This document shows, piece after piece, positions 55,995 to 64,000 of a stretch of 64,000 bases of DNA. The translations under genes and the position numbers were made by a program. Position 1 is the first letter of the stretch. Each line of letters opens with the position of its first letter. The notes beneath the pieces were generated by a model that worked only from the letters and a program-made list of their open reading frames with translations, searched no databases and was not told where the DNA came from. Origin of the DNA: an uncultured delta proteobacterium (GTDB lineage Bacteria; Desulfobacterota; Binatia; UBA9968); assembly GCA_963771465.1 (NCBI GenBank), contig CAVYTU010000017.1, positions 32,001 through 96,000 on the forward strand, written 5' to 3'.

Positions 55995-57281
55995 ATGAGT
56001 CGACGAGTATCATGGCTTAGTGGGGTAACGGTCCTGATTCTAGGCTGCGCCGCAATTGCTTATTTTATTTTTCCAACCTGGATCGGTTTCAGCGTGGCTC
56101 CGCCCAAAGCTGTTAGTTTTGAAGAGCTGACCGGGAGTTTGTTTTTAGGCGTGCCGAAGGAACCGTTTAAGACGCCAGAAGTCCGTGAGCTGGTTATGCC
56201 GACGTTTGACAACGCCACGAGCATCTGGGGATCAACTGGGCGGGATAGACGGGGCCACATCTGGGTTGGCGTGTCCGCTAGCTCGGGGGGTAAAAGCGCG
56301 CACCTCTTTGAATATGTTCCGGATGTAGATACCTGGCATGATCGAGGCTCAGTGATCGACCAACTAAAGGCCGTTTCCTTATTCAGCGAGGGAGAAGGAC
56401 AGATAAAAATCCACTCAAAAATTATTTCTGGCAGCGATGATTGGCTCTACTTCGCGTCTACGGATGAAGAGGGTGAAAGCGTCGACCTCGATAAGCCGCC
56501 GCGATGGGGCGCCCACCTGTGGCGGATTCATCCTGAACGTCACACCTGGCAACATCTGGTGGCGGTACGTGAGGGGCTCGTCGCTGTGAACGGCGTTGGA
56601 CAGTATATTTATGGGCTTGGATACTGGGATCACGTCCTCTATCAATACAATACGGCGAGCGGCAGGGCTAAGCGCGTAGTTGTCGGCTCCACTGGCGGCC
56701 ACGTGTCGCGCAATTTTCTCGCCGATGCGCACGGACACGCGTATGTGCCTCGGCTCAGTGCGGCGCCTAACGGCGCCGTGTCGGTAGCGCTTGTTGAATA
56801 TGACGAGAATCTTAAAGAGATCGGCATCACACCGTTACAATTCTATTTGGACAATGGTTCTCCAGAGTCGAATCATGGAATCGTCGGACTCGCGTATTTG
56901 CCCGACGGCCGCATGGTGTTCACTACGCATGTCGGCCATCTTTACATAATCGAGCCGCATGAGAAGGGGCCTGCGACCGTGACTGCCGCCGGATGGTTTC
57001 ATCCAGACGGCGAGGCCTATGCCCCTGCGCTGTTCTCTTTTGGCGGTAGTAACTGGATCGCCGGTGTGGCGCGACGCCAGAAAGGATTTGAATGGGTGGT
57101 ATCTGATTTGAGCGCGCGCCTAGCAGCGGCCTTTCCAATTGATACCAAGGGACTGCAAAAAGTTTTGCTCTATGGTTCAATCAGCCGCGACAACGCTGGA
57201 CGAGTTTATTTGGGCGGTTGGGCCGAAGGAGAACCCGGCAAACAGCGGCCTCTCATGCTGCAAGTCCAACCGGGCGGTTAG
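55995..57281 (+). CDS. Membrane-anchored beta-propeller-like protein
   Basis: N-terminal TM; repeated 'G.IWVG / LYFA / GRMVF / GRVYLG' blade motifs; AGGGG RBS. Confidence 0.65.
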   Translation: MSRRVSWLSGVTVLILGCAAIAYFIFPTWIGFSVAPPKAVSFEELTGSLFLGVPKEPFKTPEVRELVMPTFDNATSIWGSTGRDRRGHIWVGVSASSGGKSAHLFEYVPDVDTWHDRGSVIDQLKAVSLFSEGEGQIKIHSKIISGSDDWLYFASTDEEGESVDLDKPPRWGAHLWRIHPERHTWQHLVAVREGLVAVNGVGQYIYGLGYWDHVLYQYNTASGRAKRVVVGSTGGHVSRNFLADAHGHAYVPRLSAAPNGAVSVALVEYDENLKEIGITPLQFYLDNGSPESNHGIVGLAYLPDGRMVFTTHVGHLYIIEPHEKGPATVTAAGWFHPDGEAYAPALFSFGGSNWIAGVARRQKGFEWVVSDLSARLAAAFPIDTKGLQKVLLYGSISRDNAGRVYLGGWAEGEPGKQRPLMLQVQPGG

Positions 57282-57369
57282 ATCTTCCATTGGGCGAGGC
57301 ACAGAGTTAGTAATCCGAGCGCGTCGATTCGTGATTTCAGCTAGGGTTCACGAAAGGTAGTTAGAAAAA

Positions 57370-58603
57370 TTGTTGCTTTGTCCGAAATGTGGAGATGAAC
57401 CGGCGGATAGAACAACCTTCCGCTGCACCGCATGCGGCAGTGTTCTCGAAGTTCGGGTCACAATCGATCATCTCACTCGATCCGACTTCGAAGCGATGCG
57501 TCGCAGTCGCGACCTTTCCATCTGGCGTTGGTTCGAGTTTTTTCCCGTCGAAAAACGCTCGTCGATCGTTTCACTGGGCGAAGGGAGCACGCCACTCATC
57601 CACGCGCGGCGGCTAGGCGAGCGAATCGGTGTGCCCAATCTTTACCTAAAAAACGACACAGTCTTACCCACCGGATCGCTCAAGGACCGGAGCAATAGCG
57701 TGGGCATTTCAGTGGGCAAGGAGTTGGGTTTCACGACCGCGAGCGTGATTTCGACCGGTAACGCTGCCGCGTCCGTGGCGGCGTACGCGGCGGCGGCGGG
57801 GATGACGAGCATTGTCATGGTGCCGAAGGGCACGGCGCTGACGAAGATCCTCCAAGCGCGCGCTTACGGCGCGACGGTTATCGTCGTCGACGGCAGGTTC
57901 GATTACGAAGTTGCCGAGCTTTATAAAATAGCCGTCGCCGAATTCGGTTGGTACGATTGTCTTTCGTCCAATCCTTACCGGGTCGGCAAAAAATCCTACG
58001 CTTACGAACTCGTCGACGGGTTCGACGGTGCTATTCCCGATTGGGCGATTCATCCTACCGCCGGCGGCACCGGCATCTTTGCCATGTGGCAAGGCTTCAA
58101 AGAATTCTTATCGCTTGGTTGGATTGACGCGAGCACCGAAATTAGTCGCAGCGCAGAGCGAAGCCGCGGCGCCGTTTGTCGCCGCAATGACGAAAGGCAG
58201 CGCGATCATTGAAGCGGTCGTAGCCAAAGAGACAGTGGCCGAGAGCATTCAAGTCGGCAATCCGGCGGCGCTCGGTTGGCGCGCGCTGGCGGCGTTGCGC
58301 GAATCGAACGGTACGGCGGTTGCGCTGAGCGATGCGGAAATTCTCGAGGCGCAGGCGCAAACCGCGAGCTTGGCGGGAATCTTTGCCGAACCCGCGGCGG
58401 CAACTTCAGTCGCAGCCGCGAAAAGACTGCGTGCCGCCGGGGTGATTAAAATCGATGATGTCGTCGTTTGTAACTTAACCGGCCACGGACTGAAACAGCC
58501 TGAAGCGATACGCTTCGCTGACAATGAGTTTGCGCCGATCGCTCCGACGTTGGCGTCGATAAGGGAACGCATTCGACGGCACGGCGGCGCGGCCGCAGGA
58601 TAG
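57370..58603 (+). pseudogene. thrC: Threonine synthase-like PLP enzyme (fold type II) split by a 1-nt frameshift near 58129
   Basis: CxxC..CxxC N-terminus, 'SLGEG.TPL', 'PTGSLKDR' and 'STGN' in one frame; 'PKLVAAQ', 'GIFAEPA.A' and 'TGHGLK' in the next frame. Confidence 0.8.
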
Positions 58604-58672
58604 TTCAGCCTTAGCTTGACAGCGAATAATTCGGTGCAATATCGTTCGATCACTCAATCCGGAGGTTCCTCA

Positions 58673-59650
58673 ATGAATCCTATCGACGCTAAAGCGACGG
58701 CGCTCCATATCGCAACTTACTCGGGCTGGTATCGCTTTGAACAGCGGGAAGGACAATGGGAAAAGACCCATAAGGCGCTGACCTTCTGGAAAATGACTTC
58801 GTTGCAAGTCGATCCCGATGACCCCGGCCATATCTATGTCGCGACGGAGCATTCCGGACTCTTTGTCACGCACAATGGTGGCGCGGAATGGCGGCGGGCT
58901 AAGCCGAACGTGCCGCGCTTAACGACCAATGCGCTGCTGGCTTTGCCGGGGATGATTCTCGCGGGCACTTGGCCGGCAGCACTTTATCAGGCGCACAACG
59001 GCAGTGGTTGGCAAGAACTAGACGGCGTGCGCCTTGGCGCTACGGGCGGCAGTTTTCCGCCGAGTCCCGAGCTGAGCGCGCGCGTCCGCTACCTCGCCGC
59101 GGAGAATGAAACACCGCGCCGGCTGTTTGCCGCCATCGAAGTGGGTGGGTTGCTGATTAGCGATGACGACGGTGCGCACTGGACGCAAGTAACGGCAGGA
59201 CTAGACGACCCGGATGTGCACCAGATTCTTGCGAGTTCGCGGCACAAGGGAGTTGTCATCGCGGTTTGCGGCGAGGGCGTTTATCGCAGCGCCGATCGCG
59301 GCGATCATTGGCAAAAGATTACGCCGAACGGCGCGCGCACCTTTGGTTCGTCGGTCACTGAGGATGGCACGGGGACGATTTATCTCGGGATCGCTTTGGA
59401 TCGGCCCAACGCCTGGCTCCGTCAAGAACGGGCAAACGCGGCGCTTTTTGTCAGCAAAGATGGCGGCACGCGTTGGGACGCAGCAATCGAAGGAGTCGAC
59501 GGCGGCATCATGGCGATGTGTGGTGGAATTTCCGTTAATGGTGTTTTCGCCTCGACATCGGAAGGTGACGTCTTTCGAGTTGACGATTCCGGCGCGCGCA
59601 GAATCATCAGCGGATTGCCTGCGATCACGGCAATCGCTGTCGGTGCGTGA
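58673..59650 (+). CDS. WD40/YVTN/BNR (Asp-box) repeat beta-propeller protein
   Basis: Asp-boxes 'SDDDGAHW', 'SADRGDHW' and 'SKDGGTRW'; GGAGG RBS before ATG 58673. Confidence 0.82.
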   Translation: MNPIDAKATALHIATYSGWYRFEQREGQWEKTHKALTFWKMTSLQVDPDDPGHIYVATEHSGLFVTHNGGAEWRRAKPNVPRLTTNALLALPGMILAGTWPAALYQAHNGSGWQELDGVRLGATGGSFPPSPELSARVRYLAAENETPRRLFAAIEVGGLLISDDDGAHWTQVTAGLDDPDVHQILASSRHKGVVIAVCGEGVYRSADRGDHWQKITPNGARTFGSSVTEDGTGTIYLGIALDRPNAWLRQERANAALFVSKDGGTRWDAAIEGVDGGIMAMCGGISVNGVFASTSEGDVFRVDDSGARRIISGLPAITAIAVGA

Positions 59651-59671
59651 ATCCTCTAGAAACTTTTCGAG

Positions 59672-60715
59672 TTATTTCCGCGCGATTTCCTGCAGTGTCT
59701 TGTGCCACCGTTCGACGGTGTTGGCGTATTCATAACTGCTCATACCCTGTTCGGGATACCAGCGTTTGAAGCCATACTCTTTGCGCGCGCCGCCGTAGCC
59801 GAGTTTGTCGACGAGCAGTTTCTGTCCGTCCGGACCGATCAGAAAATCGATGAACAACAGGGCGGCGTTGGGGCGCGGCGTAGTCGCTAGGATCGCGACG
59901 TTGCCGGCATTGACCGGGACCAAATCCATCGGCAGCCAGCTCACCGGCGCGCCGCGCGCTGCCGCTAGTCTCACGTTGCTATCGACTGCGGTAAACGTCA
60001 GCGGCACTTCGCCCGATACGACCAGTTCATTCAAGCCGAGCGCCGGTATGCTGTAAAGTTTACTTTCCTGAGCCGCGAGTCTTTTGAGGAACGCTTCACC
60101 CTTGGCTCGCAGCATGGCACCGATCACGCGCGCGCCGATCTCTTCGCCGCTGATGCCCATCTTGCCTTTGAGCGACGGCTTGAGCAGGTCGTCAAAATTT
60201 TTCGGCACGTCGGCTTCGCGAATCGCAGTGCGATTGTAGCCGACGCCGGGATAAGACTCACGATCGACGGTGGCGTAAACCAAACCGCCGGGCGCCTTCT
60301 CTTTCGAGCCGTCGGGAAAGTCGGCCAAATGCGGCGAGTGATAGGGCAGGAGTAACTTGTTGTCGCGCAAGAGCATGATCGCGCCGGGCGTGGTTTCAAT
60401 CGCATCGGCGAGATAACGGCGCGCGGAACTTTCGCCCAGGATGCGCGTTGCTAAATTGGTCGCCGGAGCGCGATAGAATTCCACGTTCACCCCCGGGTAT
60501 TTCGTTTCGAACGCCTTAGCGACTTCTTTATAGGTGCTTAACGAGGTGTACCAAACGAGCTTGCCTTCCTTCTTGGCGCCGTCATGGAGCAACCGCTCGC
60601 GATCGGCGCCGGAATATTTTGCTAATTCGACAGCAGTGGATGGACGGGGAGTTTGGCACCAGCCTTTTGCACCGACACTGGCAATGAGGATCATGGCGAT
60701 AACTAACTTCGTCAT
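59672..60715 (-). CDS. ABC-type extracellular solute-binding protein (family 1/6)
   Basis: Signal peptide; 'GAKKEGKLVWYTS', 'DLLKP.LKGK' and 'PNAALLFIDFL.G.DGQ'. Confidence 0.85.
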   Translation of the reverse strand: MTKLVIAMILIASVGAKGWCQTPRPSTAVELAKYSGADRERLLHDGAKKEGKLVWYTSLSTYKEVAKAFETKYPGVNVEFYRAPATNLATRILGESSARRYLADAIETTPGAIMLLRDNKLLLPYHSPHLADFPDGSKEKAPGGLVYATVDRESYPGVGYNRTAIREADVPKNFDDLLKPSLKGKMGISGEEIGARVIGAMLRAKGEAFLKRLAAQESKLYSIPALGLNELVVSGEVPLTFTAVDSNVRLAAARGAPVSWLPMDLVPVNAGNVAILATTPRPNAALLFIDFLIGPDGQKLLVDKLGYGGARKEYGFKRWYPEQGMSSYEYANTVERWHKTLQEIARK

Positions 60716-60746
60716 TATGCGTCTCCCGCGTTATTGACTGCGTGAC

Positions 60747-61712
60747 TCACACTTTAAATCCATGCTCGCGGTACCATTTCGCGGCACCCGGGTGGAGCGG
60801 CACGTCGCGCGGCGTGGCGTCGGTATTTTCGCCGAGCTGACCGATGCCGGTGTAGGAATCCTCCCAGAACATTTGTTCCTTGCGGGCGGCGAGCGCGTCG
60901 CAAATTTTGTAGGCGTCGCCGTCCGGCAGCGCCGCGCGGGTGTAGAGCGGCCAGCCGCTGTAGTCGATGCAGGTGTAGTCTTCGGCAAGACCTTTGAAGC
61001 GGCCGGGTTTGATCGTGTATCTGCGCCAGCCCAGCCCTTCGACCAAATACTGGAAGGCATGATCGTCTAGCGTGATGGGTTTCATGCCGGCGGCCAAGGC
61101 TGCTTCAAACCACAACGGTAAACCTTCGTCGAAGATTGCGTCGATGGATTGATCGCCAATCGCCTTCATGCGCCGCTCGTCGCCGGGGCCGCCGTTCAAT
61201 TGCAGGCTGCCGCCCCAGCTTTCGATATCTTTGACCGTCATGCCATAGGCGGCTAGCGTTTGGTCGACCAGCACGCGCGTCGAATGGGTCGCGTCTTCGC
61301 GAATCGATAAGCGCAGCGGGTATTTCTTCTCCTTGATTTCAGCCAGCGATTTGAGTCCCGTGCGCGGATGAATCACGTAGACGAAATGATCGAGGGACGG
61401 ATAGACCGCGAGAATTCGCACCGGCAACGGCTGGGGAAACAGGCCGGTGCCGCGATACGCTTGGGTCAGCAGGCCCGAAGGATTGATCATCGCCACTTCG
61501 AGCTCTTCGCGACAAATGCCGTGGGCCAAGATCGGCGAGCCGGTGGACATGCGCAGCCACGGTTTGATGCTTTCGTTGGAGCCGCTGCCGACTGTGATGC
61601 ACATATCGCGTGGGCCGTAGTATGGCGTGTTGGGATCGCCGGCGATGTGCAAACCAATTTCCCACAGCATCAATGCGCGCTGAAAGTTTGCTCCACGGGG
61701 CAGGGGCTCCAT
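60747..61712 (-). CDS. TAXI-family TRAP solute-binding-like protein lacking a signal peptide
   Basis: 'AYRGTG.F' and C-terminal 'VPLHPGAAKWYRE.G' TAXI signature; GGAGG RBS; hydrophilic N-terminus. Confidence 0.72.
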   Translation of the reverse strand: MEPLPRGANFQRALMLWEIGLHIAGDPNTPYYGPRDMCITVGSGSNESIKPWLRMSTGSPILAHGICREELEVAMINPSGLLTQAYRGTGLFPQPLPVRILAVYPSLDHFVYVIHPRTGLKSLAEIKEKKYPLRLSIREDATHSTRVLVDQTLAAYGMTVKDIESWGGSLQLNGGPGDERRMKAIGDQSIDAIFDEGLPLWFEAALAAGMKPITLDDHAFQYLVEGLGWRRYTIKPGRFKGLAEDYTCIDYSGWPLYTRAALPDGDAYKICDALAARKEQMFWEDSYTGIGQLGENTDATPRDVPLHPGAAKWYREHGFKV

Positions 61713-61733
61713 TTCATCACCTCCGCTAGAAAT

Positions 61734-61777
61734 TGTAACTGGCGGTCACATTAGTGATTAGAGCATCTTCATGTCAA
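61734..61777 (-). promoter_or_regulatory. Putative sigma70 promoter with overlapping palindromic operator
   Basis: Minus-strand TTGACA-N18-TAATGT; dyad TGTAAC-N5-GTCACA (61734-61750) overlaps the -10/+1 region. Confidence 0.4.
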
Positions 61778-61905
61778 CCGGATATGAGCTTTACTATGAA
61801 GGACACGGCGACCATGAAATCCGCATGTGATTTTCGAAAACCGTCGTGCGGTTCGTGAACTTCATGGTGAATTATGTCACAACATATCGACCGCTTCAGG
61901 TTGCT

Positions 61906-62304
61906 ATGACTTTCGATGCGCAGGCGATATTCGCCAATCTTAGCGAGAAGGAACGTATTCACGGCCATCATTCGCCCGAGGGTCAGGCGATCCGCACGCT
62001 TGGCCGCGCACTGCACGGTTGGTCAACGGGGAATCTCTCGGGCGCCGACGTGGTTGTGTTGTGTGATCAGGCGATTGCAGATTGGCTGAAGCGGAAACTC
62101 AAAGTGTCGGCATGGTCGGCAACCCGCATGACTGAATTGCTGGCGGCCGCGGTGACAAACGATGTGCTGTCGCGTGGCGACGCGCTGCGTTTGCAGCGCA
62201 TGCACGCCGTGCGCGCTGATGCGAATAAAGGCGTCATCGCCGCGGCGGACGTTGAAGCCGTGTTAGAGTGCGCGATTGCAGTCGTCGAGCAACATTGGTC
62301 ATGA
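61906..62304 (+). CDS. Hypothetical all-helical protein (possible HEPN/DUF4145-like fold)
   Basis: 132-aa ORF whose TGA overlaps the ATG of the MFS gene (ATGA). Confidence 0.6.
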   Translation: MTFDAQAIFANLSEKERIHGHHSPEGQAIRTLGRALHGWSTGNLSGADVVVLCDQAIADWLKRKLKVSAWSATRMTELLAAAVTNDVLSRGDALRLQRMHAVRADANKGVIAAADVEAVLECAIAVVEQHWS

Positions 62305-63731
62305 CCGCCGGGCAAGTCAATTGGTTGTTGCTCAGCAACGCGGCGCTCGGTAACTTTCTTGCCGGCACCTCGAGCCGCATCTTTGCCGTGTCGTTGCCGA
62401 CGGTGGCCAACAGTTTGGAGACGACCATCGTCGGCATCTCGTGGGCGGTGATCGCTTACCAGATTTCACAGATCAGTTTGTCTTTAATATTTGGTCGCAT
62501 CGGCGATATCTACGGCAGGCACACGCTCTTTGGTCTGGGATTGATCGTGTCGTCTTTGGCTGCGCTTGCCTGCGGCTTGTCGCAGAGCGCGGCACAATTG
62601 ATTCTCTTTCGTGTATTCCAAGGCGTGGGCGCGTCGATGACGCAGTCCCAGGGGCGCGCGCTCGCGCTCGAAGCGTTGCCCAAGGAGTCGTCGGGACGAG
62701 CGCAAGGATTTATGACGACGGCGTTTCACACCGGCGTGTTGATTGGACCGAGTATCGGCGGCCTGATTATCGAATATATTCACTGGCGCGCGATTTTCTT
62801 TTTTCTCATCCCCATCGCCATGTGCGCGATGGTGCTGACGCTGATCAACCGCATCAAGGGCAATGTGCCGCCGCCAACCGCGTCGAAGGACCGACAGGGC
62901 AGTATAGACTATCTCGGCGCGCTGCTGTTGATCGGCGCTACATTGACATTGGTCGCGAGCGTCGACCATCGGATCATGGAATCGCTCAGCGTCGTTTTAC
63001 GCTGGGCTGTCATCGCGGCGTTCCTGCTGAGCTTGGCCGGCTTTGTCTATCGAGAGCAAACCACCGCGAGCCCGATCCTCGATCTGTCGCTGTTTCGTAT
63101 CCGCATGTTCACGCTGAGTAGTTTGGCGCTGCTGTTGGTCGGTATCGCCCAGGTAATGATCGGGTTCCTTTTGCCGTTTTATCTCCAAGACGTGCTTCAC
63201 CTAAAGCCATCCTTTATCGGCCTGCTGTTTGTCAGCGCGCCGATCTTTACCGTCACACTGTCGCCACTGGTCGGTTGGGCGGTGGATAAAGTCGGACCGC
63301 GGCTGCCGGCGACCGTCGGCATTTCATTTCTCGCCGGGGCCGGTTTTTTTGGCTCCTACTTGCGCGCCGACTCGCATTGGTTGGCGGCAGTGGGCGTGTT
63401 GGCGCTGTGGGGCTTGGCCACTGCATTATTCTTTACTTCCAACCATACGGCGATGATTACCTCGGTGCCGGCGCAGCACCGCGGCGTTGCTACCGGAGCG
63501 ATTTACGTCATGTTCGGCTTGGGCACAACCTTCGGTGTTTCGCTCGGCACAATGCTTTTGACCCTAGCATTTCGCTACTATAGCGGCGACCCGCTGGCCA
63601 CGCCGACGGCGGCGAGCCCCGAGACATTTGTTCGCTCGATGAATTTTAGTTTTCTCGTCGGCGGCTTTATGGCGCTGGCGGCGATGAGCTGCTCGGCGCT
63701 GCGCGGTGAAAGCGCGGCGCAAAGCCATTGA
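62301..63731 (+). CDS. MFS transporter, DHA2/EmrB-like (14 TM)
   Basis: Motif A 'GRIGDIYGR', 'FRVFQGVG', 'GPSIGG', 'WRAIFF' and 'PILDLSLF'. Confidence 0.9.
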   Translation: MTAGQVNWLLLSNAALGNFLAGTSSRIFAVSLPTVANSLETTIVGISWAVIAYQISQISLSLIFGRIGDIYGRHTLFGLGLIVSSLAALACGLSQSAAQLILFRVFQGVGASMTQSQGRALALEALPKESSGRAQGFMTTAFHTGVLIGPSIGGLIIEYIHWRAIFFFLIPIAMCAMVLTLINRIKGNVPPPTASKDRQGSIDYLGALLLIGATLTLVASVDHRIMESLSVVLRWAVIAAFLLSLAGFVYREQTTASPILDLSLFRIRMFTLSSLALLLVGIAQVMIGFLLPFYLQDVLHLKPSFIGLLFVSAPIFTVTLSPLVGWAVDKVGPRLPATVGISFLAGAGFFGSYLRADSHWLAAVGVLALWGLATALFFTSNHTAMITSVPAQHRGVATGAIYVMFGLGTTFGVSLGTMLLTLAFRYYSGDPLATPTAASPETFVRSMNFSFLVGGFMALAAMSCSALRGESAAQSH

Positions 63732-63782
63732 AGTTGCGCCCAAAGACAAGTTTTGTATCGTGAACCCGTAAGGAGATCTGTG

Positions 63783-64000
63783 ATGAGGTCAACCAGGTTA
63801 AATGCCGTGATCCTGCTGTTAACTTTGCCACTGCTGGGAAGTTGTTCCAAGGAACCGAAGAGTGAACCCGCCAAGGCGTCGCAGGCGGCGCCACCGTCAG
63901 TTCCCACGCCCGAGCCGGCCAGGTCGAGTCCCGGCGAAGGCGTTGGCACGATCACCGGCAAAGTCGTATTTACCGGTAGCTATGCGGCAGGTAAAACCGC
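63783..64000 (+). CDS. 5' part of a lipoprotein (carboxypeptidase-regulatory-like beta domain), truncated by the window edge
   Basis: AAGGAG RBS; MRSTRLNAVILLLTLPLLGSC lipobox, Pro-rich linker, then 'GTITGKVVFTG'. Not in the ORF track. Confidence 0.7.
   Translation, partial: MRSTRLNAVILLLTLPLLGSCSKEPKSEPAKASQAAPPSVPTPEPARSSPGEGVGTITGKVVFTGSYAAGKT

Noticed and set aside
58100-58212. Programmed ribosomal frameshift in the thrC-like gene
   Set aside because: No slippery sequence or stimulatory structure; a simple 1-nt insertion explains it.
2428-63731. Other TGA-ending ORFs as Sec read-through candidates (e.g. stops at 2430, 20888, 31796, 39951, 59650)
   Set aside because: These proteins are complete for their families at the stop, and I saw no redox motif or meaningful in-frame continuation.
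1-64000. CRISPR array, tRNA (including tRNA-Sec), rRNA, transposase, integrase or phage genes
   Set aside because: No regularly spaced repeat-spacer array, cloverleaf, rRNA-like tract or recognisable mobile-element protein was seen by eye.

Overview
64 kb of GC-rich bacterial chromosome with about 50 real CDSs; most entries in the ORF track are antisense or shadow frames. I found no rRNA, tRNA, CRISPR array, transposase or integrase. Gene content is dominated by solute-binding proteins without permeases (TctC/Bug, NMT1/SsuA, family 5, family 1/6, TAXI), amidohydrolases, VOC/glyoxalase proteins, an LLM oxidoreductase and CoA enzymes. This resembles Candidatus Binatia and related uncultured 'Deltaproteobacteria' (inference from gene content only). 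The strongest hidden signal is a selenoprotein that the ORF track splits in two: 29013..29297 and 29331..30689 are one frame interrupted only by TGA (29295-29297). Read-through gives ...IATAD-U-GACSSW..., a UxxC motif of the UGSC family resembling GrdB/PrdB, and a SECIS-like bulged hairpin follows the UGA. The 558-aa fusion heads an apparent operon with a TctC-type binding protein and a CxxC NifU-like protein. Other notable items: a diverged, frameshifted copy of the 3' end of an M20 gene bracketing an SBP gene; a frameshifted threonine-synthase-like gene; a CbtB-like peptide with a non-CbtA partner; an AMP-ligase/acyltransferase/ACP trio with degenerate motifs; several enzymes with altered catalytic residues; a sigma54-type promoter; and several families of intergenic palindromic or short-period repeats. 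All family calls come from motif recognition by eye, with no database search.
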